From the NCBI RefSeq assembly GCF_004010195.1, contig NC_057718.1, positions 78,758,631 through 78,822,630 on the forward strand: a stretch of DNA of 64,000 bases, written 5' to 3'. Made by a program: the position numbers and the translations under genes. Shown here piece by piece: positions 1-13,578 of the stretch; position 1 is the first letter of the stretch; each line of letters begins with the position of its first letter. The notes under the pieces were generated by a model. It saw only the letters and a program-made list of their open reading frames with translations, was not told the DNA's origin and did no database searches. Origin of the DNA: Chiloscyllium plagiosum. Lineage: Eukaryota.

Positions 1-255
1 AGCTGGGAATTTGTGTTGCAGATGTTTCGTCCCCTGTCTAGGTGACATCCTCAGTGCTTGGGAGCCTCCTGTGAAGCGCTTCTGCGATCTTTCCTCCGGC
101 ATTTGTAGTGGTTTGAATCTGCTGCTTCCGGTTGTCAGTTCCAGCTGTCCGTTGCAGTGGTCAGTATATTGGGTCCAGGTCGATGTGCTTATCAATCGAG
201 ACAGGGGACGAAACGTCTGCAACACAAATCCCCAGCTCGGCAAACAGAATCACAA
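1..255 (-). mobile_element. Penelope-like element terminal fragment with short inverted segment
   Basis: Same family as 823-1195 and 61420-62700; 199-255 is an inverted copy of the element end. Confidence 0.75.
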
Positions 256-389
256 TAAAACTGGAACTGTTGCAGTGGAATAAAAAATTGTAATTATCAT
301 GATGACTATATTCCTTTCTGCTGACCTGACCTGTGACGTCTTGTTTAATTAGATTTTCAACTGTTGTCTGTGGCAAAAGTCTTATTGTG

Positions 390-690
390 GGTACACAGCA
401 TGGTGGCTCAGTACTTAGCACTGCTGCCTCACAGCGCCAAGGACCCGGGTTCAATTACCGCCTTGGGTGACTCTCTGTGTGGAGTTTGTACATTGTCCCA
501 CCTGGTGCTCTGGTTTTCTCCCACAGTCTAAAGATGTGCAGGTCAGGAGAATTGACCATGTTAAATTGCCCATAGTGTTAGGTGCATTAGTCGGGGGAAT
601 GGGCCTGGGTGAGTTACTCTTCGGAGGGTCGGTGTGGACTTGTTGGCTGAAGGGCCTGTTTCCATACTGTAAGAAATCTAATCTAATCTA
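390..690 (+). mobile_element. tRNA-derived SINE (HE1/V-SINE-like)
   Basis: A box tggctcagt, B box gggttcaatt, core tgtgtggagtttg, (AATCT)n tail. Confidence 0.85.
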
Positions 691-822
691 AACCTCACTT
701 TTCCACATTAAATTCCATTTGCCACTTCTCAGCCCAGCTTTGCATCTTATATATGTCCCTCTGTAACCCACAACATCCTTCGGCACTATCCATAACTCTG
801 CCTACCTTAGCGTCATCTGCAA
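691..822 (-). mobile_element. CR1 LINE RT fragment
   Basis: Reverse strand encodes FADDAKVG-like segment, as in other CR1 copies in the window. Confidence 0.65.
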
Positions 823-1195
823 ATAGCCACAAAACGACACGACCAGCTATCCTTAGTAGCCACACACGCAGATGACAAGCAATATGAGTTCGACTGGGAC
901 AACACTACTATTATAGGACAAGCCAAACAGAGAACAGCCAGGGAATTCTGAGAGGCATGGCACTCATCCACAGATTCAGTCAATAAGCACATCGACCTGG
1001 ACCCAATATACCGACCACTGCAGCGGACAGCTGGAACTGACAACCGGAAACGGCAGAGACAAGCCACTATAAATGCCGGAGGAAAGATCACAGAAGCGCT
1101 TCACAGGAGGCTCCCAAGCACTGAGGATGTCACCTAGACAGGGGACGAAACGTCTGCAACACAAATTCCCAGCTCGGCGAACAGAACCACAACAT
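823..1195 (+). mobile_element. Penelope-like element 3' fragment (GIY-YIG C-terminus + terminal repeat)
   Basis: ATKRHDQLSLVATH..FDWDNTTIIGQAKQRTARE..EAWHS..INKHIDLDPIY; contains hammerhead motif. Confidence 0.85.
1118..1157 (+). ncRNA. Minimal type I hammerhead ribozyme motif (Penelope terminal repeat)
   Basis: GCA-CUGAGGA-U-GUCACCU(AGAC)AGGGGAC-GAAA-CGUC-UGC: core boxes, stems I and II, GUC site. Confidence 0.75.
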
Positions 1196-1196
1196 G

Positions 1197-1802
1197 ATTA
1201 ATATTTGATTTCCCCTTGACTTTATATACTTGGGAATTGTCAAAATGAGCACAAGGTGAAATACCTTGACAAATGTGTCTTTCTTCAGCAATACCGAGTT
1301 TCTTTTAATTTCTTTCAGGATTTGAGATTTTATTGCTTGTCTTGGTTGCTCTAAGAAGGACATTCACATTGAACCACTGTCAATTTGATACAACACAGTG
1401 GCTTAATAATCTACTTTAGTTAATAAACAAACCTGTTGGTGATCTGGAGTCATATATAGGTCAGAGGTGATAAGACCAACAGATTTCCTTCCCTAAAAAA
1501 TATTAGTGAATTGTTTGGGCTTTTGTAACTACCTGACATCTTTCAACTTAGAATTTTTTTAAAAATTGTCACAGTGTAGACCTGGAATTTCACCAAGTTA
1601 ACGTAACAGGTGAGTTACAATTCGAATATTCCCAGTACCATTCCCAGGGTTTTTGGTTTACACCAGGGCCAGTTAAGGATGTGGGATGGTTCAGTTCATG
1701 AGCATGCCACCAACATTAAGTTCAAATGGTAGTCCTTATGTCAAGGTATTTCATTTTGACAATTCCCAAGTATATAAAGTCAAGGGGAAATCAAATATTA
1801 AT
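1197..1802. repeat. Segment bounded by perfect 52-bp inverted repeats (1197-1248 / 1751-1802)
   Basis: Direct comparison of reverse complement. Confidence 0.85.
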
Positions 1803-1985
1803 AATGCATGAGGAAAGTTTTGATTGTTTAGCAAGTGAAATTTAATTGGCAGAGACACTGCCATGGAGAATGTATGGGTATGCCACCCAGCCCCATGGTG
1901 TCTTATGCAAACTTGACTCCCCCGCATGTCAGACTATGATCCAATTACCCAGCAGTGAACTGCATAAGGTAACAGTAAGGCAGTA

Positions 1986-2300
1986 AGATTAGATTAGATT
2001 ACTTACAGTGTGGAAACAGGCCCTTCGGCCCAATAAATCCACATCGACCCTCCGAAGAGCAACCCACCCAGACCCATTCCCACACATTTACCCCTTCACC
2101 TAACACTACATGCAACTTAGCATGGCCAATTCACCTAACCTGCACATTTTTGGACCGTGGGAGGAAACTGGAGCACCCAGAGGAAAGCCACGCAGACACA
2201 GGGAGAATGTGCAAACTCCACACAGACAGTTGCCTGAGGCGGGAATTGAACCCGGGCCTCTGACGCTGTGAGGCAGCAGTGCTAACCACCGTGCCGCCCA
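1986..2300 (-). mobile_element. tRNA-derived SINE (HE1/V-SINE-like)
   Basis: (AGATT)n tail at left end, reverse A/B boxes at right end. Confidence 0.85.
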
Positions 2301-2494
2301 TCTGTTAAAATGTGTTAAGTGAAAATTTAAAAGACAGGAATTAATTGATAATGTTCCACAATGTTAAAAAATGTTTAAAAAATCCCCTTGCTACTACAGA
2401 GCAACATAATGCCAATCACCCAAACTCTTTAAAGGTTCAATAACTGAAACTGCGAGTATATGAAACTTCTTAACCTTTTGCAATTAGACATTAT

Positions 2495-2920
2495 GGGGAT
2501 GGTTGTGGCATTGTAGTACTGTCTCTACCGCTGGTCTGGGAGGCCCGGGTTCAAGTCCCATCTGCTCCGGAGGTGTGTAATAACATCTCTGAACAGATTG
2601 CTTAGGAAGAGTAGGTGAAAAACCAGCGAGAAAAATTAAGCAGCCATTTGCAAACAGAAAGTAATGCCATAATGTCCAGAATTGGCCTTATTATGACATA
2701 ATGGTAATGTCTGTACCCCTGGTACAGGAGGCTCAGGTTCAAGTCCTACTGACTCCAGATATATGTAATAACATCTCTGAACACGTTGATTAAAAAAACT
2801 AGACATTATGAGGGCACCTATGGTGCTGTGGTAGTGTTTCTGCCCCTGGACTGGGAAGCCCATGTTCAACTCTCAACACTAAGGCTTCGCAATAATATCT
2901 TTCAATGGGTTGATTAAGCA
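2495..2920 (+). repeat. Three diverged copies of a ~110-bp short tRNA-like retroposon
   Basis: Consensus ggtagtgtc.ctacc.ctg..c.ggaggcc.gggttcaagtccca.ctg.tccagaggtgt.taataacatctctgaaca; further copies near 5876, 34965, 43425, 54238. Confidence 0.7.
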
Positions 2921-3729
2921 AAATAGGTAATACAAAAAAGCCATCAGTCAAATAGGCACTGACGAGTTCAGCAGAGTAATGGATGCCTCAGCTCTTAGCT
3001 AAGAATGCATAATGAGGTTTGCCTGAGACCAGACATCCATTATTCTGTTGAAGTACCAGAAATACCTGAAATTCTGTTTGATCTGTCTGACCTCTGCTGT
3101 CAAGTTCACAATGTTAATGTATGTAAAGTGAAGAAATTACAAGTGTCTGAAGTTCTATAGTTATTGAAATTTTAAAGTATCTGGATGATTGATGCTCCAT
3201 TGCCATGCTGGAGATAATAGATGGGGCATGGACAGTGTGTGGAGCTGAGAAGGTGTGAAAACTGGAGGGCTTCCCTCTTTTTAAACTAACTGGAATGAAG
3301 TGTCACTGGAATGAAGTGTCACAGCACTGAGGTGGGGATTTTAAATAGTCCACTATTGCAATCAGCTGTCTCGAAAATTTAAGAGTCAGTGGCCCCACTC
3401 CTGTTAGCACCTGCTCCAACAGAATGAGAATTCCATCATTCCTGACTCTTTCTCCTAGGGCTGACAGTCAAACCAGAAATTATTTTGACTCCTGTTAACT
3501 GCCTAATGGAAGAACAGGTTCAAGAGATGGAATGGTCTCTTCCTGTCCTTGTATTCTGGTGTTCAATACAATAACAAAATTATGAAAACTGAACTTTAAC
3601 ATTAAGACAGAGTAATTGTCTCCCTCAATTTATTAAATTGCATCTTAATCTCTCATTGATGAGGCTGATCTTCCCATTTTTTAACTTTAAACCATTCAAT
3701 TCCTTTCATCCAGCTGAATAATCACATAC

Positions 3730-3875
3730 CTGACAGTTGCCAACACTATGTTCAATATTTCCTGCACACAGTTCGCTGTTTTTCACACTTCCATCCAAAT
3801 GTTCAGGCTGATTGCAAATGTTATTTTCTATCACTGAAAAACCTGCTTCTTTTAAAACCCCATCACGTCCAGTTC
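3730..3875 (-). CDS. plg: Plasminogen-like exon 18 equivalent: TGRDGVLKEAGFSVIENNICNQPEHLDGSVKNSELCAGNIEHSVGNCQ
   Basis: Within ORF 3706..3918; tttag/gtatg; 146 bp; VGNCQ replaces TDSCQ. Confidence 0.94.
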
Positions 3876-6573
3876 CTAAAACCAAATGGGACAAATGAAA
3901 AAGAATTCCAGAAATCAACAGCTATTTGTATTCATACAACACCTTTATTGTTGTAAAACATTTCAAAATGCTTCATGGGAACATTATCAAATAAAATTGG
4001 ACACAAAAGCACATAATGCATTATTAGAATAGGTAGCCAAGCTTGGTTAATGAATTAGGCTTAAGGAAGAGAGAAACATTGTGGTGTATTAATTTCTCAA
4101 GCTTAAAATCTATACAACTGTAGGCACAGCTATCAATGTGGGATTATGAAAATTGGATTTCTGCTTCGTAAGGTCTGTTCTTATTTTCCCTCTCATGAAA
4201 ACACTCAAATTTACAAATGCAAGAAAATGCAGTGTTAATAGTTTGAGATATTCTGCTCATTCCTTGCTCCTTCTTCATTGAGAGGCCACTATATCCATTC
4301 ACCCCAAATATGTGATTCTGAGCCTAGCTGCCCTTCCAGCTTTAGCGCCATTGAATACAGGAACTCTGCAGATTCTGACCTATAGTATTGACAGGCTATT
4401 TGTGCAGAAATTCATTACAATAAACTGTTCCACAGATGTGAGATGTAAGTTTGTACCAGCTGTCTAAAATATTTATCTGTGCATTTTTAATATTTTAGAT
4501 TAAGACAACTAATGTTATAGGCAAGTGGGATATAAATTGAACAAAGTACAAGTTCATTTAATTTTGGAAAAGAAAACTCATGAGTTTATATTTGACTTTT
4601 TTAACAGTTGACATTTTTGGCACTACAGCATGCACTAATATAAATGGCATGTAGCATTTGTGTCACCCAGGTGCCAGGGTAATGACTATGCCCAACAAGA
4701 GAGACTCTAACTATTGCCCATTGATATTCAATAGAATTATAAATGCTGGAAGACCAATTATGATCATCCTGGAGGGTTACCATGATCAGAAGCTAACTGG
4801 ATTATCCAAAACAACACTGTGGATGCAGAAGCAAATCTAGGAAAAGCAAAAGCAAAAGCTAGGAATTCTGTGTTGACCAATTTATCTCTTGCCTCCTTAA
4901 CTTCTGTCCTCAGGTCAGAAGTGAAGTGGAATACTTCCCACTTTTTTGAATGAATGCAGCTTCCACAACACTGAGGAAGCTTTACACCACCTGGACAAAC
5001 CATCTCATGTAATTGGTGCCCCATCCATTACCTTCAACATTCACTTCCTTCACCACCAATGCTATATGTATCATCTGCAACGTGCACTCCAGAACCCAGC
5101 AGTTTATAAACTCACAATTTTGACCACCTAGAAGAGCAGATAAATGGGAACACCACCACCTAAAGATTTCCCACCAAACCACACACCATCCTGACTTGAA
5201 ACTAAATTGCTGTTTCTTCACTGTCACTGGGCCAAAATCCAGGAACCCCCAACAGTACTTGGGTGTCTCTACACCCCAATGACTGCTACAGTTTAGGAAG
5301 TCAGTTCATCACTAGCTTCCTGAGGGCAATTAGAATGGGCCATAAATGCTGGCCTAACAAGTGATGCTCAATAACCGACAAATAAAATTTTAAAAATACA
5401 TAGGAACATTGGCAACAGTGACAAGATAATTGGTGCCAGTGAAATTGAAATGGGGTCCTCCAATCTTCACCCAATATTTTTCTTTGAAAGCCTTGCATGT
5501 TTCTTTAACTTGCTTAGATGGATGTTCATGTGATTTTAAATCACATTGTTCATGTTTGGCCATTAGGACGCTACTCTGGCCTCCTGAGACTAGTTTCGTT
5601 TGCTCATTGGCTTGAATAAATACTCTTCAGCATTTCTTTTATCACTTCTTTAAGGGTAATGATTTTAGTTCAACCAAAAGCCTCCATTTTCTCATGCAGT
5701 TGCTGTTACCTTTGAAATGTTGCCTCAGTCTTGGTTATTACAAGATGAAACTCTTCAACCATGTGCCTCTATCTTCAACAATATTCTATCCTGTAATGCA
5801 AAGTGACTATTTGTTTAGCCTATCAAGTTCCACAATGATCAGAGCTAATACGTATCAATTAACTGCAAGCCAGCCTTGTGGTTCTGTGGTAGTGTCACTA
5901 CCTCTGAGCCAGGAGGCCTGGGTTGAAGTCCCACCCATTCCAGAGGTGTATAACAACGTAGAGTCATCAAGTCATAGAATCAGCATGGACACAGACTCTT
6001 CGCCTCAAACTGGTCCATGCCAACCAAAATGTTCTTCCACACTAACCCCATTTCCTGGAACCTGGTCCATATCCTTCTAATCCTTTCCTTTCCAAATGTA
6101 CAAATTGATTAGAGGATCTCTCTCAATGGTTGTGCATGGTCCTGATGTTCCAACTTGCAAATCAAAGAGTTTGCATTTTCTCTCTTCCAGTTTGTTTGCC
6201 ATTCATTGTGGCCAAGGATTGGATTCCATACATTTGTTGAATTCAGAATCTAAGCTCCACGCATGTGGCTATGGTAGATCAGCATTTTACAATGACAGAG
6301 GTTGTACAACTTAGGTAGTATTGAGGGTGTATAGCAGAGACCTTATCAATGAGGAGGTTGTACATTGGCAGAGAAATGGATCACTTCAAACCGATTGGAC
6401 ACAAAGGCTCAATGATATCAGCGTCCAAGGAACAATGAGCAAACTTGGAATCAACGCTTTTAGAAGAGGATGGGTGAACAAGGACACAAATTAGAGAAGA
6501 AAAAGAGGAAAGATAAAAGCAAACAATTAAGAACACGTTACTTTATTTGATCAACATTTGTGTTAATGTGTAC

Positions 6574-6680
6574 CTTGAGTTTCACCCCAGCCTGAAACAT
6601 AGCATTCAGCTCCATTTGGTAGTATATAGTCCTGTGTTGGTAAACAGATTAATGCCACTTTGTCAGTCAGGACAGCTGGC
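6574..6680 (-). CDS. plg: Plasminogen-like exon 17 equivalent: PAVLTDKVALICLPTQDYILPNGAECYVSGWGETQ
   Basis: Translated by hand; CLP...C.V.GWGETQ; ttcag/gtaca; 107 bp. Confidence 0.94.
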
Positions 6681-7424
6681 CTGAAACCAAAAGCAGTATC
6701 GCAAATCATTTTTTATTTTTATTTAATTTGCATCAGGTCATTACTTCTTAACTATCAGGTCTGTATACTTCTTTTTAAAAAAAATGATGGAAATTAGAAA
6801 CAAAAACAGAAATTGCTGGAGAAACTCAGCAGGTCTGGCAGCATCAGTGGAGAAAAAGCAGAGTTAATGTTTGAGTTCCAGTCACCTTTTTTCAGAACTG
6901 CCTCAAAACCATTGGATAGGGAATCCAGAACCTGACAACCCTCAACCCCTCCATTGATCTGAACCCGAGGAACCCACACTCCTTTCCTCTTGGCCCCTTC
7001 ATCCCCACTTACTCCTGCCAGCGCTGACATTCTCCTTGGCCACTGCTGGCCTTAATACCCTCCTCAGCTTCTTCAGGGTCCAACATTCCTCCTGACACAT
7101 CCATTCCCCCAGCCCTCCAGCAACTTTCCTGAGTACTCCATCATATACCTGACACAATGCTCACCTAGTAACATACTTACCTGGCACCCTACATGGCACC
7201 CTTGTCCCCTGCACATCTAGAAATCTAACCCCTTACCCAGCTGCCACCCTTTCACTCCAGTCGACTTAAATACAGTAGCTACCTGTCTACGCTGGTGGAC
7301 ATTCAAATCTCAGAACTCAGCACATTAACTGCTTCAAAGAGGTGTGCGGTTTGACTCACCCCCAACTATCCTCCGCTATGGAGGAACTTTGTTGATTTCA
7401 AATACGCTCCATATTTCTGAACAA

Positions 7425-7720
7425 GAACTAGAAGGCATAGGTTTAAGGTGAGAGTGGAAAGATTTAAAAAAGGACCTGAGGAGTAACTTTTCCACCCAGA
7501 GAGTGGTATGTGTATGGAATGTGCTGCCAGAGGAAGTAGATGGGTACAATTACAACATTTAAAAGGTATCTGGATGGTTATGTGAATAGGGAGGATTTAG
7601 AGAGATATGGGCCAAATGCTGGAAATAGGACGAGGTCAGATTGGGATGTCTGGTTGGTGCAGATGAGTCAAAACGAAGCATCTGTTTCTGTGTTGTATGA
7701 CTCTATGATTCTATGATTCT
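7425..7720 (+). mobile_element. CR1 LINE 3' end
   Basis: gggcataggtttaaggtgaga...tttaaaag.atctggatgg-like sequence and (ctatgatt)n tail. Confidence 0.8.
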
Positions 7721-8754
7721 AAAAAGAAGAAAACAAGGAAAATTAAGGACTAAAACTTCCAAAATATAAAATGTTCTGAATCTATAAGAATTTGCTGCAT
7801 ACTGAAATGATATTGAACAGTTGAAACTGACCCATTTCTGGGTTAGAAAGGTTGATTAGCATTGTATTAATACTGATCACATTGTTGAAATAGTAATTAT
7901 ACTCTTAATTAAGAATGCTAATTTTCTGTGATAAAGTTAATGAGCAGTTAATGTGCTAAACTAGCAAGTTCTTAAACATACAGTAACTAGAAGGCTAAGG
8001 ATCAAGATGTCATTTATGCAAAGCAATTTCTGCTGAATCTCTTAATCCCTTAACATGTTGGACAACCGGTGCAGTAACAATATTGCATGTTATTAACGCC
8101 CACTATTTTTCCAGAATGCATGACCTGTTAAATGTTAATATGAAACTATAGCCTTCACAGTTGGCTAGAATTTTATGTACCTTGAGGGCAGGATGGCATG
8201 GGTGGAGGGCAGGAAACTAAACATCAGCACCAGCATTACACCTGCCATCAACGTGGCCTGACTTTCAATTTTACCAATACGAGTGGAGGCATTAAGTAGC
8301 CACTTAAAGACCACCCTTGCCACCACTGGGATTTTACCTGTCATAGGAGAAGTCATCGGCAAGTGGAACTTGATGGATTCATGTTTGGACATTATGGGTG
8401 TGCCTTCTTTCTGTGTCCACTATGTCCATCAGAAGCCTCTCCAATGATATTAATGCCCCCTTCTGCCCACACCCTCGGCAGGGTCTGCCAGCTTGTCCCT
8501 GCTTTCCTGGACTCATCTCCCAGTTCAGGGTTCCTCACTGAACAACTTCCTAGGGGATTGTTGTACTTCCAGGTGGTCACTCTTTGAGATGGAGCTTCCA
8601 CAATCTCACACTGCTGGTTAAAAGGGCAAACTAGGGGCAGATAAAGATTGCTTGAATTCAGATCAGTATATATTAATCCTACAGTATGCAGAGGCTCTTA
8701 CGGTGCAGAAGGTAGACCTTCTCAGAAGCACTGCATCATCATGAACACAGAAGA

Positions 8755-11700
8755 CCATATAAACCCAAACAATATAGGAGTTGGATAAGGCCATTTGGCC
8801 TACTGAGTCTAATCTGCCATTCGATCATGGCTGTTATGCTTTTCAAACCCATTCTCACCCTTCTCCCCCTAACCCTTGAACCTGTTACCAATCAAGAACC
8901 CATCTCTATCTTAAAGGCACTCAATAACTTGGCCTTCGCAGTCTCCTGTGATGACGTGATCTACAGATTCAGCGCCCCTCTGGCTGAAGAAATTTCTCCT
9001 CATCTCAGTCTTAAAGGGTTGTCCCTTTACTCTGAGGCTGTGGCCTCCGGTCCTATCTCTCCTACCAGTGGAAACATCATCTCCCTGTCCACTCTATCCA
9101 AACCTCTCAGTATTCTGTAAGTTTCAGTCAGTACCCCCTCATCCTTCTAAACTCTATCAAGTACAAACTCAGAGTCCTCAATCACTCCTCATATGACCAG
9201 CCCTTCACTCCCGGGATTAATCTTGCAAACCTCCTCTTGACCACCTCCAATGGTGACTCGGGTACAGGGCCTAAAACTGCTCCCAATATTTCAATGTGGT
9301 CAAACCAAAGCCTCATGCAGCCTCAGCATACACTCTGCTCTTGTTTTCTATTCCTCTTGAAATCAATGCTAACACTCCATTCGCCTTCCTAACTGCCAAC
9401 TCAACCTACATGTTAACTTTAATAGAATACTGATCTAGAATTCCCAAATCCCTTTCTGCTTCAGTATTCTGAAGCTTTTCTCCATTTAGAAAATAGTCTA
9501 CACCTGTATTCTTCCTATCAAAGTACATAACCTCATACTTTCCCACATTATATTCCATCTGCCAAGTTTATGCCCACCCTCCCAGCCTGTTCAAATACTC
9601 TGCAACCTCCCCACTTCCCCAACACTACCTGTCCATCCAGCTGTCTTTGTGTCACCTGCAAACTTAGCACAATGACCTCAGTCCATTTTGTCCAGATGGG
9701 TAATGAACAATGTGAATAGTTGTGGTCCCAACACAGATCCCTGCAGAACTATAATAGTCACTGGCTGCCACCCTGAAAAAAGACCCTTTTATCCCCCCTG
9801 TTTACCTTCTGCTGATCAGCCAATCCTCTATCCATGACTACCTTGCCCCTAATACTGTGGGCTCTTACCTTATTTAGCAGATTCCTGTGCGGCACCTTGT
9901 CAAAGGCCTTCTGGAAATCAAAATAGATTAAGTCCACTGGCTTCTTTTGTTTAACCTGCTCATTATCTCTTCAAAGAATTCTAACAGATTTTCCAGGCAT
10001 GACCTGCCATTGATGAAGCCATGCTGATTCAGCCTTCTTTTACCATGCATTTCCAAGTACTCTGCAATTTCATCCTTAATAATGGACTCTAAAATCTTAC
10101 CAGCTGAGCTCAGGTTAAATAGCTTCCTGTCATTTGCCTTCTTAAAAAGGGGTTTTACAAAACCTAATGTCTAGTTCTCTGGCACCCTCCCTGACCCCAG
10201 TGATTCCATAAGACAATAAGACTATAAGACAGGAGCAGAAATTAGGCCATTCAGCCCATCAAGTCTGCTCCACCATTCAATCATGGCTGTTAGGTTTTCC
10301 AACTTGTTCCCTGTAATCTTTGATCCCCTTGGCAATCAAGAACTTATCTATCTCTGTTTTAAATAGATTTAATGACCTGACCTTCATAGCCTTCTGTGGC
10401 AATGAATGCCTCAGATTCACCACTCTCTGGCTAAAGAGCTTCTCCTTATCTCTATTCTAAAGGGTCTTCCCTTTATTCTAAGGCCATGTCCTTGGGTCCT
10501 CATCTCTCCTGCCAATGGAAACATCTTTCCAATATCCACTCTGTTCAGGCCATTCAGTATTCTATAACTTTCAATCAGAACCCCACCACCCACCCCATCC
10601 TTCTAAACTCAATTGAGTACAAACCCAGTCGAGTATAGTCCCAGAGTCCTCAAATTTTCCTCATATCTTAAGCATTTCATTTCTGGGATCATCCTTATGA
10701 ATCTCCTCTGGTCCTGCTCCAGTGCCAGTCCATCCTTCCTGAGGTATGAGGCCCAAAATTGCTCACAATACTGGAAATGTTGTCTGACTAGGGCTTTATA
10801 AAGCCCCAGAAATATGTTCCTGTTTTTATAATCTAGTCCTCTCAGGATGAGTGATAACATTGCATTTGCCTTCCTAATTAACGTCTCAATCTGCAAGTTT
10901 ACCTTAAGAGAAACCTGGACTCGGACTCCAGAGTCCCTTTCTACTTCAGACTTCTGAATTTTCTCCCCATTTAGAAAATAGCTCATTCCTACCAAAGTGC
11001 ATGACCTCACACATTCCCACATTGTATCTCAGCTATCACTTCTTTTCCCATCTCCTAACATGTGTAAATCTCTCTGCAGCATCCCCACCTCCTCAATACT
11101 ACCTGCCCCTCCACCTATCTTTGTATCATTTGCAAACCTAGCCAGAATGCCCACAGTTCCTTCATCTAGATCATTAATGAAAAGTTGTGGTTCCAACACC
11201 AACTTTGTGGAATACTACGAGTCACTGGCTTCCGTCCTGAGAAGGAGCCTTTTATCCCCACTCTCTGCCTTCTGCCAGACAGCCAATCTTCTATCCATGC
11301 TAGTACCTTATCTCTAATACCATGGGTTATCAAGAAGGATTACACCCGAAATGTTGACTTCTCCACCTCCTGGTGCTGCCTGGCTTGCTGTGTTCTTTCA
11401 GCCTCTTGCCTGTCTACTTTGGATTCCAGCATCGGAAGTTTTTTTTGTTTCTTATCTTACTCCGCAGCCTTTTGTGTGGTATCTTATCAAAGGCCTTCTG
11501 GAAGTCCAGATAGATAAGATCAATTGGCTCTCCTTAGTCTAACCTGCTCATTATCTCCTCAAAGAACTCTAACAGATTCATCAGGCATGACCTCCCCTTG
11601 ATGAAACATGCTAACTTTGCCCTATTTTACCATGCACTTCCAAATATTCAGAAATCTCATCCTTCCCAATGGACTCCAAAATCTTACCAACGATTCAATT

Positions 11701-12805
11701 CAGGCTAATTAGCCAATAATTTCCCATCTTTTGCCTTACTCCCTTCTTAAATGGGGGTTTACATTAGTGATTTTCCAGTCGTCTGAGACCCCACCTGACT
11801 CCAGTGACACCTGTAAGATCACTACTAAAGCCTCCACCATCTCTTCAACTATCTCCTTCAGCACTCTAGGGTGTAGCCCATCTGCTCCAGGTGATTTATC
11901 CACTTTAGATCTTTCAGTTTTTCTAGCACCTTCTCCTTAGTAATGATTACTATACTTATCTCTGCCCCCCAACTCTCTTGAATTTTTAGAATATTACTCA
12001 TATCTTCCACCTTAAAAGATCACTACCAATGCCTTCATAATCTTCCCAACTATCTCCTTCAGAACTCTAGGGTGTAGCCCATCTAGTTCAGACCTTTTAG
12101 ATTCCTCACCACCTTCTCCTTAATGACGGCCACTGCACTCACTTCTGTCCCCAATTCTCTTGAGTTCTCATATGTTACTGATGTCTTCCACTGTAAAAAC
12201 TGATGTAAAGTACCTATTCAGTTCTTTCACCATTTCTTTGTTTCTCGTTACTACTTCTTCAGCCTCATTTCCAGTGGTTCAATGTCAAATCTTGCCTCTC
12301 TTTTACCTATATCCAAAAAACTCTTACAATTTTTTGTATCACTAGATGGTTTGCTTTAATATTTCATCTTCTCTCTTGTTTTTAGTGATCCTCTGTTGGG
12401 TTTTTAAAGCTTTCCAATTCTTGTCTGCCCACTAATATTCGCCACATTGTATGTTATTTCTTTTGCTTTTATGCTGTCCCTGACTTCCCTTGTCAGGGAT
12501 GGTTGCCTCATTCTCCCCTTAGTTTGTTTCTTCTTTCTTAGGATGAGGTTCTGCTGTTCCTCCCAAATTACCCCTAAAAACCCCTGCCACTGCAACTCCA
12601 CTGTCTACCTTGTTAAGCTCCCCTTCTATTAATTCTAGCTGGCTGCTCCCTCATGTCTTTGTGGTTACCTTGACTCAATTGTAATACTGTTACATCTGAT
12701 TCCAGCTTCTCCTTCTCAAACTGCCAGCTCAATTCTATCATATGGTCACTGCCCCCTAGGGTTTCCTTCAACCTAAGCTCCCTAATGAAGTCTGCCTCAT
12801 TGCAG
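8755..12805 (-). mobile_element. Adjacent/nested decayed CR1 LINEs (second 3' end at ~10205)
   Basis: ORF 10609..11022 (YKALVRQHFQYCEQFW) is RT C-terminus; LGGSDH endonuclease remnant near 12750; many stops. Confidence 0.85.
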
Positions 12806-13000
12806 AAGAGGAGGTGCCAGTGTTGGACTGGGGTGGACAAAGTTCAAAATCACACAACACCAGGATATAGTCCAACAGGTTTTATTTGGAAGTACCAGCT
12901 TTCAGAGCGCTGCATCTTCATCGGGTAGCTAAGCCTCATTACAGAAGGAAATAAATCATTAAAACAAAAGACAAATGTAAAACAGAAATAAAAGTAATAC

Positions 13001-13141
13001 CTTTTAAGCTTTAATAAAGCAATGTCATTCCCACTGGGTTCGAGAAAAATTTTGTCAACCAAAATGATCTGTCTCGATGGTTCAGCTCCTCTTTCTCTGT
13101 ATATTCCAAGATAGACTCTGTAGGCCAAGGGGTTCAAGGAA
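13001..13141 (-). CDS. plg: Plasminogen-like exon 16 equivalent (Asp102 region): SLNPLAYRVYLGIYRERGAEPSRQIILVDKIFLEPSGNDIALLKLK
   Basis: Overlaps ORF 12850..13137; DIALLKL motif; cacag/gtatt; 141 bp. Confidence 0.94.
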
Positions 13142-13578
13142 CTGTGATGGATGCAATGAAGGAGTTAGATACTTGTACTTTTTAACAAAAATAATAGCTT
13201 GCATTGAAATAGTATCTTTACCATTATTAGCTGCTCAAAATGCTCCATGGAAATATTACCAATACCCAACAAAATGTGTCATTGAGTCATGTAAGAAGAT
13301 ATTGGGAGAGATGCCCAAATAGGTCGTCAAACTGGTAGGTCTTAAGGAACATCTTGAAGGATGAGAAATTGGTTGGGCAGTAAAGAGCTTACACTTAAGG
13401 CACCTGGAGGTGTTACTGCCAGGAGTGAAGTGACGTATCAGTTGAAGTGATGATGCCGTGGGGAAATGTAGAAGCATGACTGAGAAATTGAAATAAAAGT
13501 GTTGCCACACTAGAATTCAATGTTGGTCATTGTGAACAGGGGTCATTAGGATTACGATCTAAAGCATCAATCGCTTAC

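Noticed and set aside
390..460. tRNA genes at SINE heads
   Set aside because: A/B boxes continue directly into SINE core and tail; these are retroposons.
1..3729. Final protease exon (GDSGGPL, Ser195)
   Set aside because: No GDxGGPL-type exon found by eye on the minus strand; look-alikes near 1660 and 3390 do not give a protease-like frame. Probably left of the window, so Ser195 status is unknown.
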